Notes: generated by a model not told the origin, from the sequence alone. 55,891 bases of DNA from a virus (IMGVR_UViG_3300044821_000052:1-55891); one strand, 5' to 3'. Positions 38,186 to 47,226 are shown, counted from the stretch's first letter. Numbers and translations are program-made.

Positions 38186-38480
38186 CTAAGATGTTACAAC
38201 AGGTGTTACAAGATCATAAGCATCCTGACTATAGGAAATAAAGATCATGTAACAACTGTAACACCTGTAACACCTTAATGTCGGTCCGTGCGCACCATGG
38301 CGCGCAGGTATGTGATGCGCACGCTCGCACATGTGCACCCACACACATGCGCTCACACACATCGCACCATGCATGCATTGACGGTGGCAACAAGGCGTTA
38401 CAAGTGTTACGCCGTTTCATGATCTTTATTTCCTAAGGTCAGGGCATGTTTGATCTTGTAACGCTTGTTGAAACGCCTAG
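38186..38480. repeat. ~90-bp imperfect inverted repeat with GTTAC/GTAAC iterons; candidate replication origin
   Basis: Arms 38186-38276 and 38392-38480; perfect 18-bp core 38232-38249/38418-38435. Confidence 0.8.
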
Positions 38481-38574
38481 TGGCGGCTAGATGTTACAAG
38501 CTCCTAGTGTCGACTAGATTATTGCTATTTGCAGTTGATGTGATCACTGAACGTAGTTGAAAGTAGTTGAACGC

Positions 38575-39303
38575 ATGTCTCGAGATGACAAGCGACGCGC
38601 AGACGCGCGTGCCACTGTGGAGAAGCAAGAAAGGGAAAGGGAGGAAAAAAAGAGAAGAGAGGGAGGAAAAGAGGAAGGAAATGACACACGTTTGAGCTGT
38701 GGAACGCCGACGACTGACCGTGAGGGTAAACCCGCTGGGCCATGTCCGCAAAAAGCAGGTGCCCGAACGGATCACGTAGGATTTGGACGCTGTGCTTCGC
38801 ATGGCGGTAACTCGGTGTATGAGACTGCGAGAGGAGCCTGGCTCATGGCACACGCGCTGGGTCGTGAGCTGGATATCAGTCCCTGGGATGCGCTGCTGGG
38901 TACTGTGCGACGAGCGGCAGCCAGATCAGCATGGTGGCATGACCAGCTGGGCCAGTGTGCGGGCGAGAATGAAGACTTCTTGCCAGGTGGACAACACTAC
39001 CCGATCATGCGAGAACTTGAGAAAGCCGATGACTTTCTTGCGAAGACGTCTAACATCGCCATCAAGGCTGGCATCGCAGAGAAGCTAGTACTAGCAACAC
39101 AGGTGCAAGCTACAGAACTCTTCACTGTGATGATGCAAGCGTTGGAGTCAGCTCAACTCAACGAAGAACAAATGACAGCGGTACGTGGTAAATTAAGGAT
39201 CGGATTGCTTGCACTTGAGAGTGGACCTGTGCCGAACGAGATTGAAGGCGAAGCAATCGCTAAGCAAATAGCGAATGTTGATGAAGAAGGTGAATCATCA
39301 TGA
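38575..39303 (+). CDS. Probable terminase small subunit
   Basis: CG..C...AG..T.H.G.GRC..HGG motif; first late gene; start uncertain. Confidence 0.65.
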   Translation: MSRDDKRRADARATVEKQEREREEKKRREGGKEEGNDTRLSCGTPTTDREGKPAGPCPQKAGARTDHVGFGRCASHGGNSVYETARGAWLMAHALGRELDISPWDALLGTVRRAAARSAWWHDQLGQCAGENEDFLPGGQHYPIMRELEKADDFLAKTSNIAIKAGIAEKLVLATQVQATELFTVMMQALESAQLNEEQMTAVRGKLRIGLLALESGPVPNEIEGEAIAKQIANVDEEGESS

Positions 39304-39623
39304 CAGAGATAGATGAAGCTACGCCTCTGTACACGTACATCTTCACGTTCGGTTACGACCACATGCACCCAGTCACGGGTGAACCACTACGTAACCGATA
39401 CCTTGCGGTCACTGCTGCATCAGGTAATCATGCACGCGCCTTAGTGCTAAATCACTTTGACAACAATTGGTCGTTCCAATACAACTCTGCTAAGGCAGCA
39501 GGCGTCGATCGATTTCTGCTAGTGCTACTGCCGTATGAGGATTGGCCGCCATGCACCGGTACCTGGCGAGTTGTCGACGGTGCAGTCGTTGATGACGCAA
39601 TGATCAACGCAGGAGAGATGTAG
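39300..39623 (+). CDS. Hypothetical protein
   Basis: YIFTFG.DH.HP..WSFQY; coupled to previous stop. Confidence 0.65.
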   Translation: MTEIDEATPLYTYIFTFGYDHMHPVTGEPLRNRYLAVTAASGNHARALVLNHFDNNWSFQYNSAKAAGVDRFLLVLLPYEDWPPCTGTWRVVDGAVVDDAMINAGEM

Positions 39624-39628
39624 AGACA

Positions 39629-40342
39629 ATGAGTGGCAACATCGTCATCCTTGTTCCTACGCGTAAGCGTGCGCGATCCATCGTTCCATTGGCACGAGCA
39701 TTTGCTAACACTGTCACTGGCCTAATGGGCAGTGTGTGGTTGATGCTATGTGTAGATGGCAACGACAATCATGAATACAAGGATGTATACAACGAGGCAG
39801 TTGAGATTTACCCACACATGATGATAGGTACAGGTCCACGTCGAGGACTCGTCGGTACGCTCAACTATTACTCTGCACGAATGATACGACCAGAGATTCG
39901 TGCCATCGGATATATGGGCGACGATCACCGACCTATGACACAGGGTTGGGACGAACAGGTTCATGCTGCACTGGACGCCATGCAGGGCATGGGAATCGTG
40001 TATGGCGATGATGGCATTCAACACGAGACACTGCCAACTGCATGTGTAATCAGCACTCCCATCCTCATCCAGCTGGGTCACATGGCTCCGCCAGTGTTAC
40101 AGCACATGTACTGTGATAATTACTGGCGTGATCTGGGACTGGGCGCAAACTGTCTCATGTACTTGCCTGATATGAAGATCACACACTTGCATCCCAGTGT
40201 CGGTGCAGCCGACTGGGACGAGTCTTATCTTGAGTCGAATCACCCTGATATATTTGCTGCAGACAAACTGGCATATGAGAAGTACAAGCAGGATTTCTCA
40301 CTTGCTAGTGACATTGCCAAGATTTCAATACAAGGAAGATAA
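39629..40342 (+). CDS. GT-A glycosyltransferase
   Basis: ILVPTRKR, YMGDDH, HMYCDN, HLHP. Confidence 0.8.
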   Translation: MSGNIVILVPTRKRARSIVPLARAFANTVTGLMGSVWLMLCVDGNDNHEYKDVYNEAVEIYPHMMIGTGPRRGLVGTLNYYSARMIRPEIRAIGYMGDDHRPMTQGWDEQVHAALDAMQGMGIVYGDDGIQHETLPTACVISTPILIQLGHMAPPVLQHMYCDNYWRDLGLGANCLMYLPDMKITHLHPSVGAADWDESYLESNHPDIFAADKLAYEKYKQDFSLASDIAKISIQGR

Positions 40343-40350
40343 CGAGACTA

Positions 40351-41322
40351 ATGACACAAATCGTCAACATTGCGCGACGAGAACTGCACACAACTCCAGT
40401 TTTTGATACATATTGGCGATTTGCAGCTGCACGACAGCACATTTACGAATCTCGGCAAGCTGGCTTGCCAGCGCCATGGACTTCTGACCCAATTCTGCTA
40501 AATCATCGATTCACTAACTGCTTTCGTGCTGCAGATCGTGTGAGTCAGTTTCTCATTCGTGATGTGCTCTACACTGGGTCACAAGATCCGAAGGAAGTCG
40601 TCTTCAGATCACTTCTGTTTAGATTGTTCAATCGTGTGTCAACATGGCAATTGCTGACGTCGCATTTTGGCCAATTGACATACAAGAATGCTGACTTTGC
40701 TGCTTATGACGCTGTGTTGTCAAAGGCATTCGCAAATAAGCAACGCTTGTACTCGGCGGCGTACATCATCGCAACACCAGCATTTGGGCAGGAACGTCGA
40801 CACTCCAATCATGTGCAATTGTTGCGTTACATGATGGAAACACGAGTGCATGAACAATTGATGCATGCGACTGGCATGGAACATGCATTTCAGGTGCTAC
40901 TCCAGTATCCGTCTATTGGCAACTTTCTGGCATACCAGTTGCTTCTTGACATCAACTACAGCAATGTCATCGACTTTGATGAGAACGAATTCTCAATGCC
41001 TGGTCCAGGAGCACGTGACGGCATTCGTAAGTGTTTCGGTGCGGTTCCACGTGGCATTGAGGACCAAATACTTCAGTATATGGTTGATACGCAAGATGAG
41101 CATTTTGCCCGGCTGGGTTTGACGTTCAATGGACTAAATGGACGTCGATTGCATCTGACTGACTGCGAAAACTTGTTCTGCGAGACAGACAAATATGCAC
41201 GTATGGCACATCCTGAGATCGCAGGATTGTCAGGGCGTACGCGGATCAAGCAGAAGTACACACCAGACCCGAAGCCATTGCAAGCTTGGTTCCCACCCAA
41301 ATGGCGTATTAATACCATTTGA
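40351..41322 (+). CDS. 5-hmdU DNA kinase family (aGPT-Pplase1 / HMUDK helical domain)
   Basis: PWTSDPIL..RFTN.FR..DRVSQ, LFRLFN, YSAAY, IG.FLAYQ..D, GPGA..G, ENLFCE.DKY. Confidence 0.85.
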   Translation: MTQIVNIARRELHTTPVFDTYWRFAAARQHIYESRQAGLPAPWTSDPILLNHRFTNCFRAADRVSQFLIRDVLYTGSQDPKEVVFRSLLFRLFNRVSTWQLLTSHFGQLTYKNADFAAYDAVLSKAFANKQRLYSAAYIIATPAFGQERRHSNHVQLLRYMMETRVHEQLMHATGMEHAFQVLLQYPSIGNFLAYQLLLDINYSNVIDFDENEFSMPGPGARDGIRKCFGAVPRGIEDQILQYMVDTQDEHFARLGLTFNGLNGRRLHLTDCENLFCETDKYARMAHPEIAGLSGRTRIKQKYTPDPKPLQAWFPPKWRINTI

Positions 41323-41347
41323 TAATGATGCAAGGAGATATGAGACA

Positions 41348-41998
41348 ATGCCAGATATCGTCAAGTTGGCACCACAGGAGTCGTGGACGTTTGCACCTTT
41401 GCCTGAGTTCATGCGAGAGCACAGCATTATGCCAAGTGCAGTGGCGCACATTGGCGCGCATCATGGTGAAGAGGTTGACATCTACCATGAGTGCGGGTTC
41501 AAGACCATCTATCTCTACGAACCCGACCCGCGCAATCTCGAAGTCTTACGTTCCCGTGCAGTCAACGATCCCACGGTCAGTATCGTTGCTGCGGCGGTCA
41601 CTACGCGCTCCAAGGGGCCACAGCAGCTTCACCTCGCTGCACGCACGGTATGGAGCGGGCTTAGTCCGCACCCCACTGCAACCGGCGACACCGTCGTCGT
41701 TCCGACAGTTCCGATGTCACATCTGTCGTCACTGGTCAACGTACTAGTGCTAGACACGCAAGGCAGCGAGTACGAATTGCTACGTGCCGCTGACCTGAGC
41801 CTGCTTGACCTGGTCATCGTCGAGACAACACGACGTCGAGGTGACGGTGCTGCCTTCTACGAAGACGCGGTTGCTTACATGGAGGACTGCGACTGGGTGC
41901 CTGCCCAAGAGTGGGTCCACGACGACTCGGGATACACCGACACGGTCTTCATCAAGAACAACCGCCAGAAGTACCTACAGACGAAGGATGCCGCATGA
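41348..41998 (+). CDS. FkbM-family SAM methyltransferase
   Basis: HIGAHHGEE, YEPDP, LDTQGSE. Confidence 0.85.
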   Translation: MPDIVKLAPQESWTFAPLPEFMREHSIMPSAVAHIGAHHGEEVDIYHECGFKTIYLYEPDPRNLEVLRSRAVNDPTVSIVAAAVTTRSKGPQQLHLAARTVWSGLSPHPTATGDTVVVPTVPMSHLSSLVNVLVLDTQGSEYELLRAADLSLLDLVIVETTRRRGDGAAFYEDAVAYMEDCDWVPAQEWVHDDSGYTDTVFIKNNRQKYLQTKDAA

Positions 41999-42189
41999 CA
42001 TCACAGCGCATTAAAGGTGTTGCGGTTGGTGGATCTGTCACTATTGTCATGGGATCGATGTCGCCTATCGACTGGGATCCTGCTGCGGTTGACCCAGTGA
42101 AGTTCCTGTCTGATGTGTACACTGTCTTGGATGCTCCCATTGCGATGAACATGTTTGATGCCAACACGACATTCAAGAATGTGTCATGA
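41995..42189 (+). CDS. Small hypothetical protein
   Basis: ATGA overlap with methyltransferase stop. Confidence 0.45.
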   Translation: MTSQRIKGVAVGGSVTIVMGSMSPIDWDPAAVDPVKFLSDVYTVLDAPIAMNMFDANTTFKNVS

Positions 42190-42247
42190 CTAACCCAATC
42201 CCACGGCCACGTCCACCAGTTGACGAACTAGCTAGGAAGTGCCGCTC

Positions 42248-42346
42248 ATGAAGGCTAGCGTCATCCTCCTGGCCGTCGGCCTGGCACTCGTCTCGGCATC
42301 GCTTGCTGGGTCGCTTGTACTAGTACTCATAAAGTGGCTCAAATAG
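42248..42346 (+). CDS. 32-aa hydrophobic peptide
   Basis: MKASVILLAVGLALVSASLAGSLVLVLIKWLK translated by hand. Confidence 0.4.
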   Translation: MKASVILLAVGLALVSASLAGSLVLVLIKWLK

Positions 42347-42347
42347 T

Positions 42348-42491
42348 ATGGGCACAATACACATCTTCCGTAAGAAGCCTGTCATCATTGAAACAGTACA
42401 GTGGACTGGTGATAATTCCGCAGAACTGCATAGCTTCGCTGGGGCAGAGGCTGCGTTCACCACAGCAGTGTACAAGTTGAGAGACTTGTGA
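42348..42491 (+). pseudogene. Probably truncated member of the common phage RKKPV.IE..QW.G.N family
   Basis: MGTIHIFRKKPVIIETVQWTGDNSAEL.. stops at 47 aa. Confidence 0.45.
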
Positions 42492-42541
42492 TACAGTCAA
42501 CATCGAAGTTAACGACAAGAATGAGATTGAAGGAGCTAGAC

Positions 42542-42748
42542 ATGGACATCCACACACAGCAGGTTCCCGTGCAGCAGGTTCCCGTCCAGGTGCAGATGCA
42601 GCCGATGGTTGCATATACATACCAGCGCACCAACCATGCTAAGCACATCTTCTGGAGCTTCATGACCATTGGACTATGGGCCATGACAGGGTACCCCATC
42701 TGTGTTCTGCTTAACCGTCGTGCCCGTACACGCACTGTGATCCGGTAG
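42542..42748 (+). CDS. Small membrane protein
   Basis: AAGGAG RBS; QQVPV repeat; NH..H..W...T.GLW. Confidence 0.6.
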   Translation: MDIHTQQVPVQQVPVQVQMQPMVAYTYQRTNHAKHIFWSFMTIGLWAMTGYPICVLLNRRARTRTVIR

Positions 42749-42755
42749 CACCGAG

Positions 42756-43226
42756 ATGCAACCGCTACCGCAGCCCAACAACCAGCCCGCAATCGCCGAT
42801 CTCGTCATTGCCGACTTCGTCAAGCGCAAGCGGATCGACATCGAGCGCAGGATCGACCAGATGCGCGAACGGCGCGACCTTGCCGAAACGGCACTGTCGA
42901 TGATCCGCGGACTGGCTAACGAGCACGTCGAGCATGCCGACGGGTGCGGCCTGCTGGCCGGTCAGATCCTCGACATGCTCGCCGCCACGCCGCTCGGCGC
43001 CGGCTTGGTGCTGCCGCCAGCCGAAACTATCGCCCAACGCTTCCATGAGGCATACGAGCGCCTCGCTCCGATGTTTGGGTACCGCACTCGTGAGGCCAGC
43101 GCGAAGCCATGGGAGGACGTGCCGGCCGACAATCAGTTGTTGATGATCGCCACGGTCACCGAGGTTCGGGAGTGGCTGCTCGGTCTCGGCCGGCCACTGA
43201 CCGCGAAGGACCCCGCGAATGGCTGA
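42756..43226 (+). CDS. Hypothetical protein, GC-rich
   Basis: C-terminal AQRFHEAYERLAP.FGY.TR..SA.PW..VP block. Confidence 0.65.
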   Translation: MQPLPQPNNQPAIADLVIADFVKRKRIDIERRIDQMRERRDLAETALSMIRGLANEHVEHADGCGLLAGQILDMLAATPLGAGLVLPPAETIAQRFHEAYERLAPMFGYRTREASAKPWEDVPADNQLLMIATVTEVREWLLGLGRPLTAKDPANG

Positions 43227-43590
43227 GCCCACGTTGCGAGAGACAGTGCTGGCATACCTCGACGCTTATTGTAGCTTCCGCACGTACCACGTCGACGTGC
43301 GCGACCTGCCACCGCCGCCGATGTTCAGCGGTTACGTCGACCTGGCCGGAACGCACCACGTGTTGCACACGTCCGGTCGACCCGAGGTGACGGCGATCAG
43401 CCTGGAGTTGCTCGCGCTTCCCGATCTCATGTTCGGGTGGGATAAGCCGTACATCACGATGTCCGGCGAGCTGCGCTACGAACCGGTCGGACTGGACACC
43501 ACGGGCGAGTACGTGGTGTGTCGACACAGCCCCGGCGCCTTCGACCATGACGCGCTCGCCCCCAGGAAAACTGACGCGGTAACCACATGA
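43219..43590 (+). CDS. Hypothetical protein, GC-rich
   Basis: Overlaps both neighbours. Confidence 0.55.
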   Translation: MAEPTLRETVLAYLDAYCSFRTYHVDVRDLPPPPMFSGYVDLAGTHHVLHTSGRPEVTAISLELLALPDLMFGWDKPYITMSGELRYEPVGLDTTGEYVVCRHSPGAFDHDALAPRKTDAVTT

Positions 43591-45140
43591 CAGGATCACT
43601 GGGTCAACGTCCTGCAGTTCTTCGGCAACTCGTTGATCTGCTTGACCCACCTGACATGCAATTTCAGCGCGATCCAGTAGCATGGGCAGAAAGCAAGCAC
43701 AACCTTGAACTGTGGTCCAAGCAACGTGAGATTCTTGAAGCGGTGCGTGACCATAAGCAAGTTGCTGTACGTTCATGCCATGAAGTCGGTAAGTCCTGGA
43801 CAGCGTCATTAGTCGGATGCTGGTGGCTCTCAACACATGCACCTGGTGAAGCATTCGTCTTGACGACGGCACCTACGGACAAGCAGGTCAAGGCAATCCT
43901 TTGGCGCGAGATTAACCGTCTGCACTCAAGACTGGGTCTCATAGGCCGCACGAACCTCAGTGAATGGTACGTTGGTAAGGAACTGGTCGCATTCGGTCGT
44001 AAGCCAAATGACTACGATGCCACAGCATTCCAGGGCATCCATGCACGCTACATTTTGATCATTCTTGATGAAGCATGCGGCATTCCGACAGAACTGTGGG
44101 ATGCTGCTTCAACACTGGGTGCCAACGAGCATGCTCGCTTCTTGGCAATCGGTAATCCAGATGACGAACACTCTGAATTTGCCACGACAGTGAAGAGTCC
44201 TGACTGGCACAGCATTCGTATCTCATATTGGGATACACCGAACTTCACTGGTGAAGGCGTTAGCCAATCACTGAAAGATCTGCTTATCCACCCAGACTGG
44301 GTAGAAGAGCGTCGTCGCAAATGGGGCGATGGATCCGCTCTCTTCACATCAAAATGCACAGGTGAGTTCCCACACGGCACATCACCATTCGTGACGGTAC
44401 CCATCAGCTGGGCTGAGACATGCCGTCAACTTGAACTGCCACCAGGCTTGCCCATTGAGGCAGGCGTTGATGTTGGTGGCGGTGGCGACCGCACAATCGT
44501 GCGCATTCGTTATGGTGCTAAAGCTGGACCATCATACGAGTTCATTGATGCTGACCCAATGAAGACAGTTGGATTCATTGCTCTGAAATTGCAAGAGCAT
44601 GGTGTCACTAAGGTCAAGGTTGACAGCACAGGTATCGGTTGGGGCATCGCTGGTGCCTTGAAAGAATCTTCATCAAAGCACAATGCAGTATCAAGTGACC
44701 TTGGTGCTTTTCGTCATGATGCTGAAGTGTTGCCAGTTAACTTTGGCGCTGGGTCGACCCCTGGAACTGAAGGTCTCTATCTGAATAAGCGTGCTGAGTT
44801 GTGGTGGAGCATGCGTGAGTTGGTGCGTCTTCATCTGTGTGACCTCGAGGACGTCAATGACGACGCACTTCAAGAATTGACTACACCACTGTATGAGATT
44901 CTTGACAGTAAGGGCAAGATCAAGATTCAGCCAAAAGATGAGGTTATCAAGTTCCTAGGACGCTCACCAGACGAGGCAGATGCCCTAGTGCTGGCATACC
45001 ATCAAGTGGTCTCAGAAGGGTCTCTCGGTGTGCCTGAGGGCTTCGCAGACGTTGACCTGACACGGTCCGTTGAACCTGGCGACTGGACGCACACAGCACC
45101 AGACTGGCACAATGATGATCTCACACGCGTACGAATGTAA
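43587..45140 (+). CDS. terL: Terminase large subunit
   Basis: SCHEVGKS, ILDEA, IGNP, GVDVGGGGD, DSTGIG, RSPDEADA. Confidence 0.93.
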   Translation: MTGSLGQRPAVLRQLVDLLDPPDMQFQRDPVAWAESKHNLELWSKQREILEAVRDHKQVAVRSCHEVGKSWTASLVGCWWLSTHAPGEAFVLTTAPTDKQVKAILWREINRLHSRLGLIGRTNLSEWYVGKELVAFGRKPNDYDATAFQGIHARYILIILDEACGIPTELWDAASTLGANEHARFLAIGNPDDEHSEFATTVKSPDWHSIRISYWDTPNFTGEGVSQSLKDLLIHPDWVEERRRKWGDGSALFTSKCTGEFPHGTSPFVTVPISWAETCRQLELPPGLPIEAGVDVGGGGDRTIVRIRYGAKAGPSYEFIDADPMKTVGFIALKLQEHGVTKVKVDSTGIGWGIAGALKESSSKHNAVSSDLGAFRHDAEVLPVNFGAGSTPGTEGLYLNKRAELWWSMRELVRLHLCDLEDVNDDALQELTTPLYEILDSKGKIKIQPKDEVIKFLGRSPDEADALVLAYHQVVSEGSLGVPEGFADVDLTRSVEPGDWTHTAPDWHNDDLTRVRM

Positions 45141-45207
45141 AGGAGAATTTCATATGTGACTTTAACTACTGATAAGATTAGATCAGCAAACATAGTACAA
45201 TGTTCGC

Positions 45208-46290
45208 ATGCGGTATCGACACTGGGTTGCATTCGTTACAGGCCTGCTTATCGTTGGCGTCGCTGCGATGCCGCAAGCATCGGCTAAAGCACGCACCATT
45301 GTAACGACCACTTCCTGTACACCTGGAGCGCATACTATGACTCGCTATCTCGCTGGTGTCGCTGTTGGTGGCTTACAACCATGGAACACTGAGCGTGCAG
45401 CAGATTATAAGGCGATGGCAAATGCCAATGCTACATGGATTCGTAGTGATCTGGCTTGGGAGTATCTAGAACCGTCACCAGGTAACTGGCAATGGGGGCT
45501 ATATGATCCAGTTGTGCAAGATGCAAAAGCAGTTGGGCTGAAGTATCTGGCGATCCTTCACACGGTGCCTGCTTGGGCGAATAGTGGCATCGGTGACTAT
45601 GGCATACCGAACGACACAACGAAGTATACGAACTACGCGTATCAAACGGTGAAGCATTACTTGCAACTGGGTGTCAACACCTACGAGATTGGCAACGAGG
45701 TCAATCTTACGCATCCTGGTTGGGCGCCAGATGGTGCATTCTACACAACGAATATGCTAATACCTATTGTTGATGGTGTTCGTCAAGCAGCGACCGAACT
45801 GGGTAAGTCAGTCACCATTATCATGGGATCGATGGCACCTACTGACTGGGATCCAGCTGGTGTTAATCAGTCGACGTTCCTGACTGACGTGTATACAACT
45901 CTTGCAGGTGTCGGATACTTTGATGCGATTGCCTGGCATCCATACACTGGTGCGGATAACCCAATGACTGGCGCGCAATTCGTACCAGACTCCGCTGCTC
46001 TTGCAACGATCATGTCAAGTCATGGTGATGGCGCTAAGAAGATCTGGGGCACTGAATATGGACAGGCCACAGGCGGGTCTAACTCGATTACTGAGCAAGC
46101 ACAAGCAATACTTGTAACACAAGCGTATAACACATGGTACGCACAATCATGGGCAGGTCCATTGTTCTGGTACGCAGGACGTGACACTGGCACAGATCTG
46201 ATTGACCGCGAACAGCATTTCGGATTGCTGCGATACAACGGTAGTCGTAAGCCTGCGTATTGTGCATTCCAAGCAATTGCAATGAGATAA
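45208..46290 (+). CDS. Secreted clan GH-A glycoside hydrolase (GH5/GH39-like)
   Basis: Signal peptide; WIRSDL.W, EIGNE, DAIAWHPY, IWGTEYG, FGLL..KPAY. Confidence 0.85.
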   Translation: MRYRHWVAFVTGLLIVGVAAMPQASAKARTIVTTTSCTPGAHTMTRYLAGVAVGGLQPWNTERAADYKAMANANATWIRSDLAWEYLEPSPGNWQWGLYDPVVQDAKAVGLKYLAILHTVPAWANSGIGDYGIPNDTTKYTNYAYQTVKHYLQLGVNTYEIGNEVNLTHPGWAPDGAFYTTNMLIPIVDGVRQAATELGKSVTIIMGSMAPTDWDPAGVNQSTFLTDVYTTLAGVGYFDAIAWHPYTGADNPMTGAQFVPDSAALATIMSSHGDGAKKIWGTEYGQATGGSNSITEQAQAILVTQAYNTWYAQSWAGPLFWYAGRDTGTDLIDREQHFGLLRYNGSRKPAYCAFQAIAMR

Positions 46291-46301
46291 GTGATTTATT
46301 G

Positions 46302-46733
46302 ATGTCACATCCACGCATCGCAGAACGTGCACTTGAAGGTCCGGTCAAGGTAGCAGACCAACATCATGTTGGCAATGCGATTTATCGGACAAACGCACGA
46401 CTTGCCATATATATCTCAAACAGCGTAGGTACGATGTGGTGTGCGTACGTGTTCATGATTCTTGCTTGCATAAGCTTTCCTGCGGCACTTGCATCTGGAT
46501 CAGCACTTATCATGGTCGCCTGGGTCGCACAGACATTCCTTCAGCTTGTGCTATTGCCAGTCATCATGGTTGGGCAGTCATTACAGTCTCGTGCTGCAGA
46601 CAAGCGATCTGAGCAGATGTACTTTGACACTGATGCAATCCTGCATCAACAACAGACAATGCTTCAAGAACACCATGAAATTCGTCTGCAACTTGACACT
46701 GTCAAGGCCATATTGACTGGCGAACAACACTGA
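46302..46733 (+). CDS. DUF1003-like membrane protein
   Basis: VGTMWCAY, WVAQTFLQLVLLPVIMVGQ. Confidence 0.7.
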   Translation: MSHPRIAERALEGPVKVADQHHVGNAIYRTNARLAIYISNSVGTMWCAYVFMILACISFPAALASGSALIMVAWVAQTFLQLVLLPVIMVGQSLQSRAADKRSEQMYFDTDAILHQQQTMLQEHHEIRLQLDTVKAILTGEQH

Positions 46734-46751
46734 TACAGCACCAATCACCCA

Positions 46752-46760
46752 TGGTATAAT
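46752..46760 (+). promoter_or_regulatory. Extended -10 promoter of tRNA-Met
   Basis: TGG-TATAAT 12 nt before the tRNA. Confidence 0.65.
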
Positions 46761-46772
46761 GCATATGAACGT

Positions 46773-46846
46773 CGCGGGGTAGCGCAGCTTGGTAGCGCAG
46801 GAGGTTCATAACCTCACGGTCGCGGGTTCAAATCCCGCCCCCGCCA
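46773..46846 (+). tRNA. tRNA-Met (CAU), initiator-like body, no encoded CCA
   Basis: CGCGGGG TA GCGCAGCTTGGTAGCGC A GGAGG TT CAT AA CCTCA CGGTC GCGGG TTCAAAT CCCGC CCCCGCC A. Confidence 0.9.
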
Positions 46847-46879
46847 CTTCAGTACCCATACGAGGATAGGTGGTAATCG

Positions 46880-47194
46880 ATGTTGTTTGACTGCCACCGT
46901 AATGTTTGTTCTGGCCACGACGATGTGTTGATGGCTATCCACCACTCATTGGAGCAAATCATGGCTGACATCGATGGCTTGACCGCGGACTTCCAGAAGT
47001 TCGCCGCGGACGTCACCACTGCGGTGGATGAGCTCAAGACCGAACTGACCGCGGCTCTTGCTGCGCAAGGCGGAGTTCCCGCCGATGTGCAGACCAAGAT
47101 GGATGCGCTTGACGCGACCGTGCAGGCTGCGGACGCGATCCTCAACCCGGCGCCTGCCACTCCGGTCGTTGACCCCGCTGCGCCGACTGCCTGA
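46880..47194 (+). CDS. Coiled-coil hypothetical protein
   Basis: AGGTGG RBS; heptad-rich; GC-rich codons. Confidence 0.6.
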   Translation: MLFDCHRNVCSGHDDVLMAIHHSLEQIMADIDGLTADFQKFAADVTTAVDELKTELTAALAAQGGVPADVQTKMDALDATVQAADAILNPAPATPVVDPAAPTA

Positions 47195-47226
47195 CGCACA
47201 GACATAGGTACAACGGCGTACCTGTG

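Noticed and set aside
38186-38480. MITE or insertion sequence
   Set aside because: No transposase or target-site duplication seen; iterons and position fit an origin better
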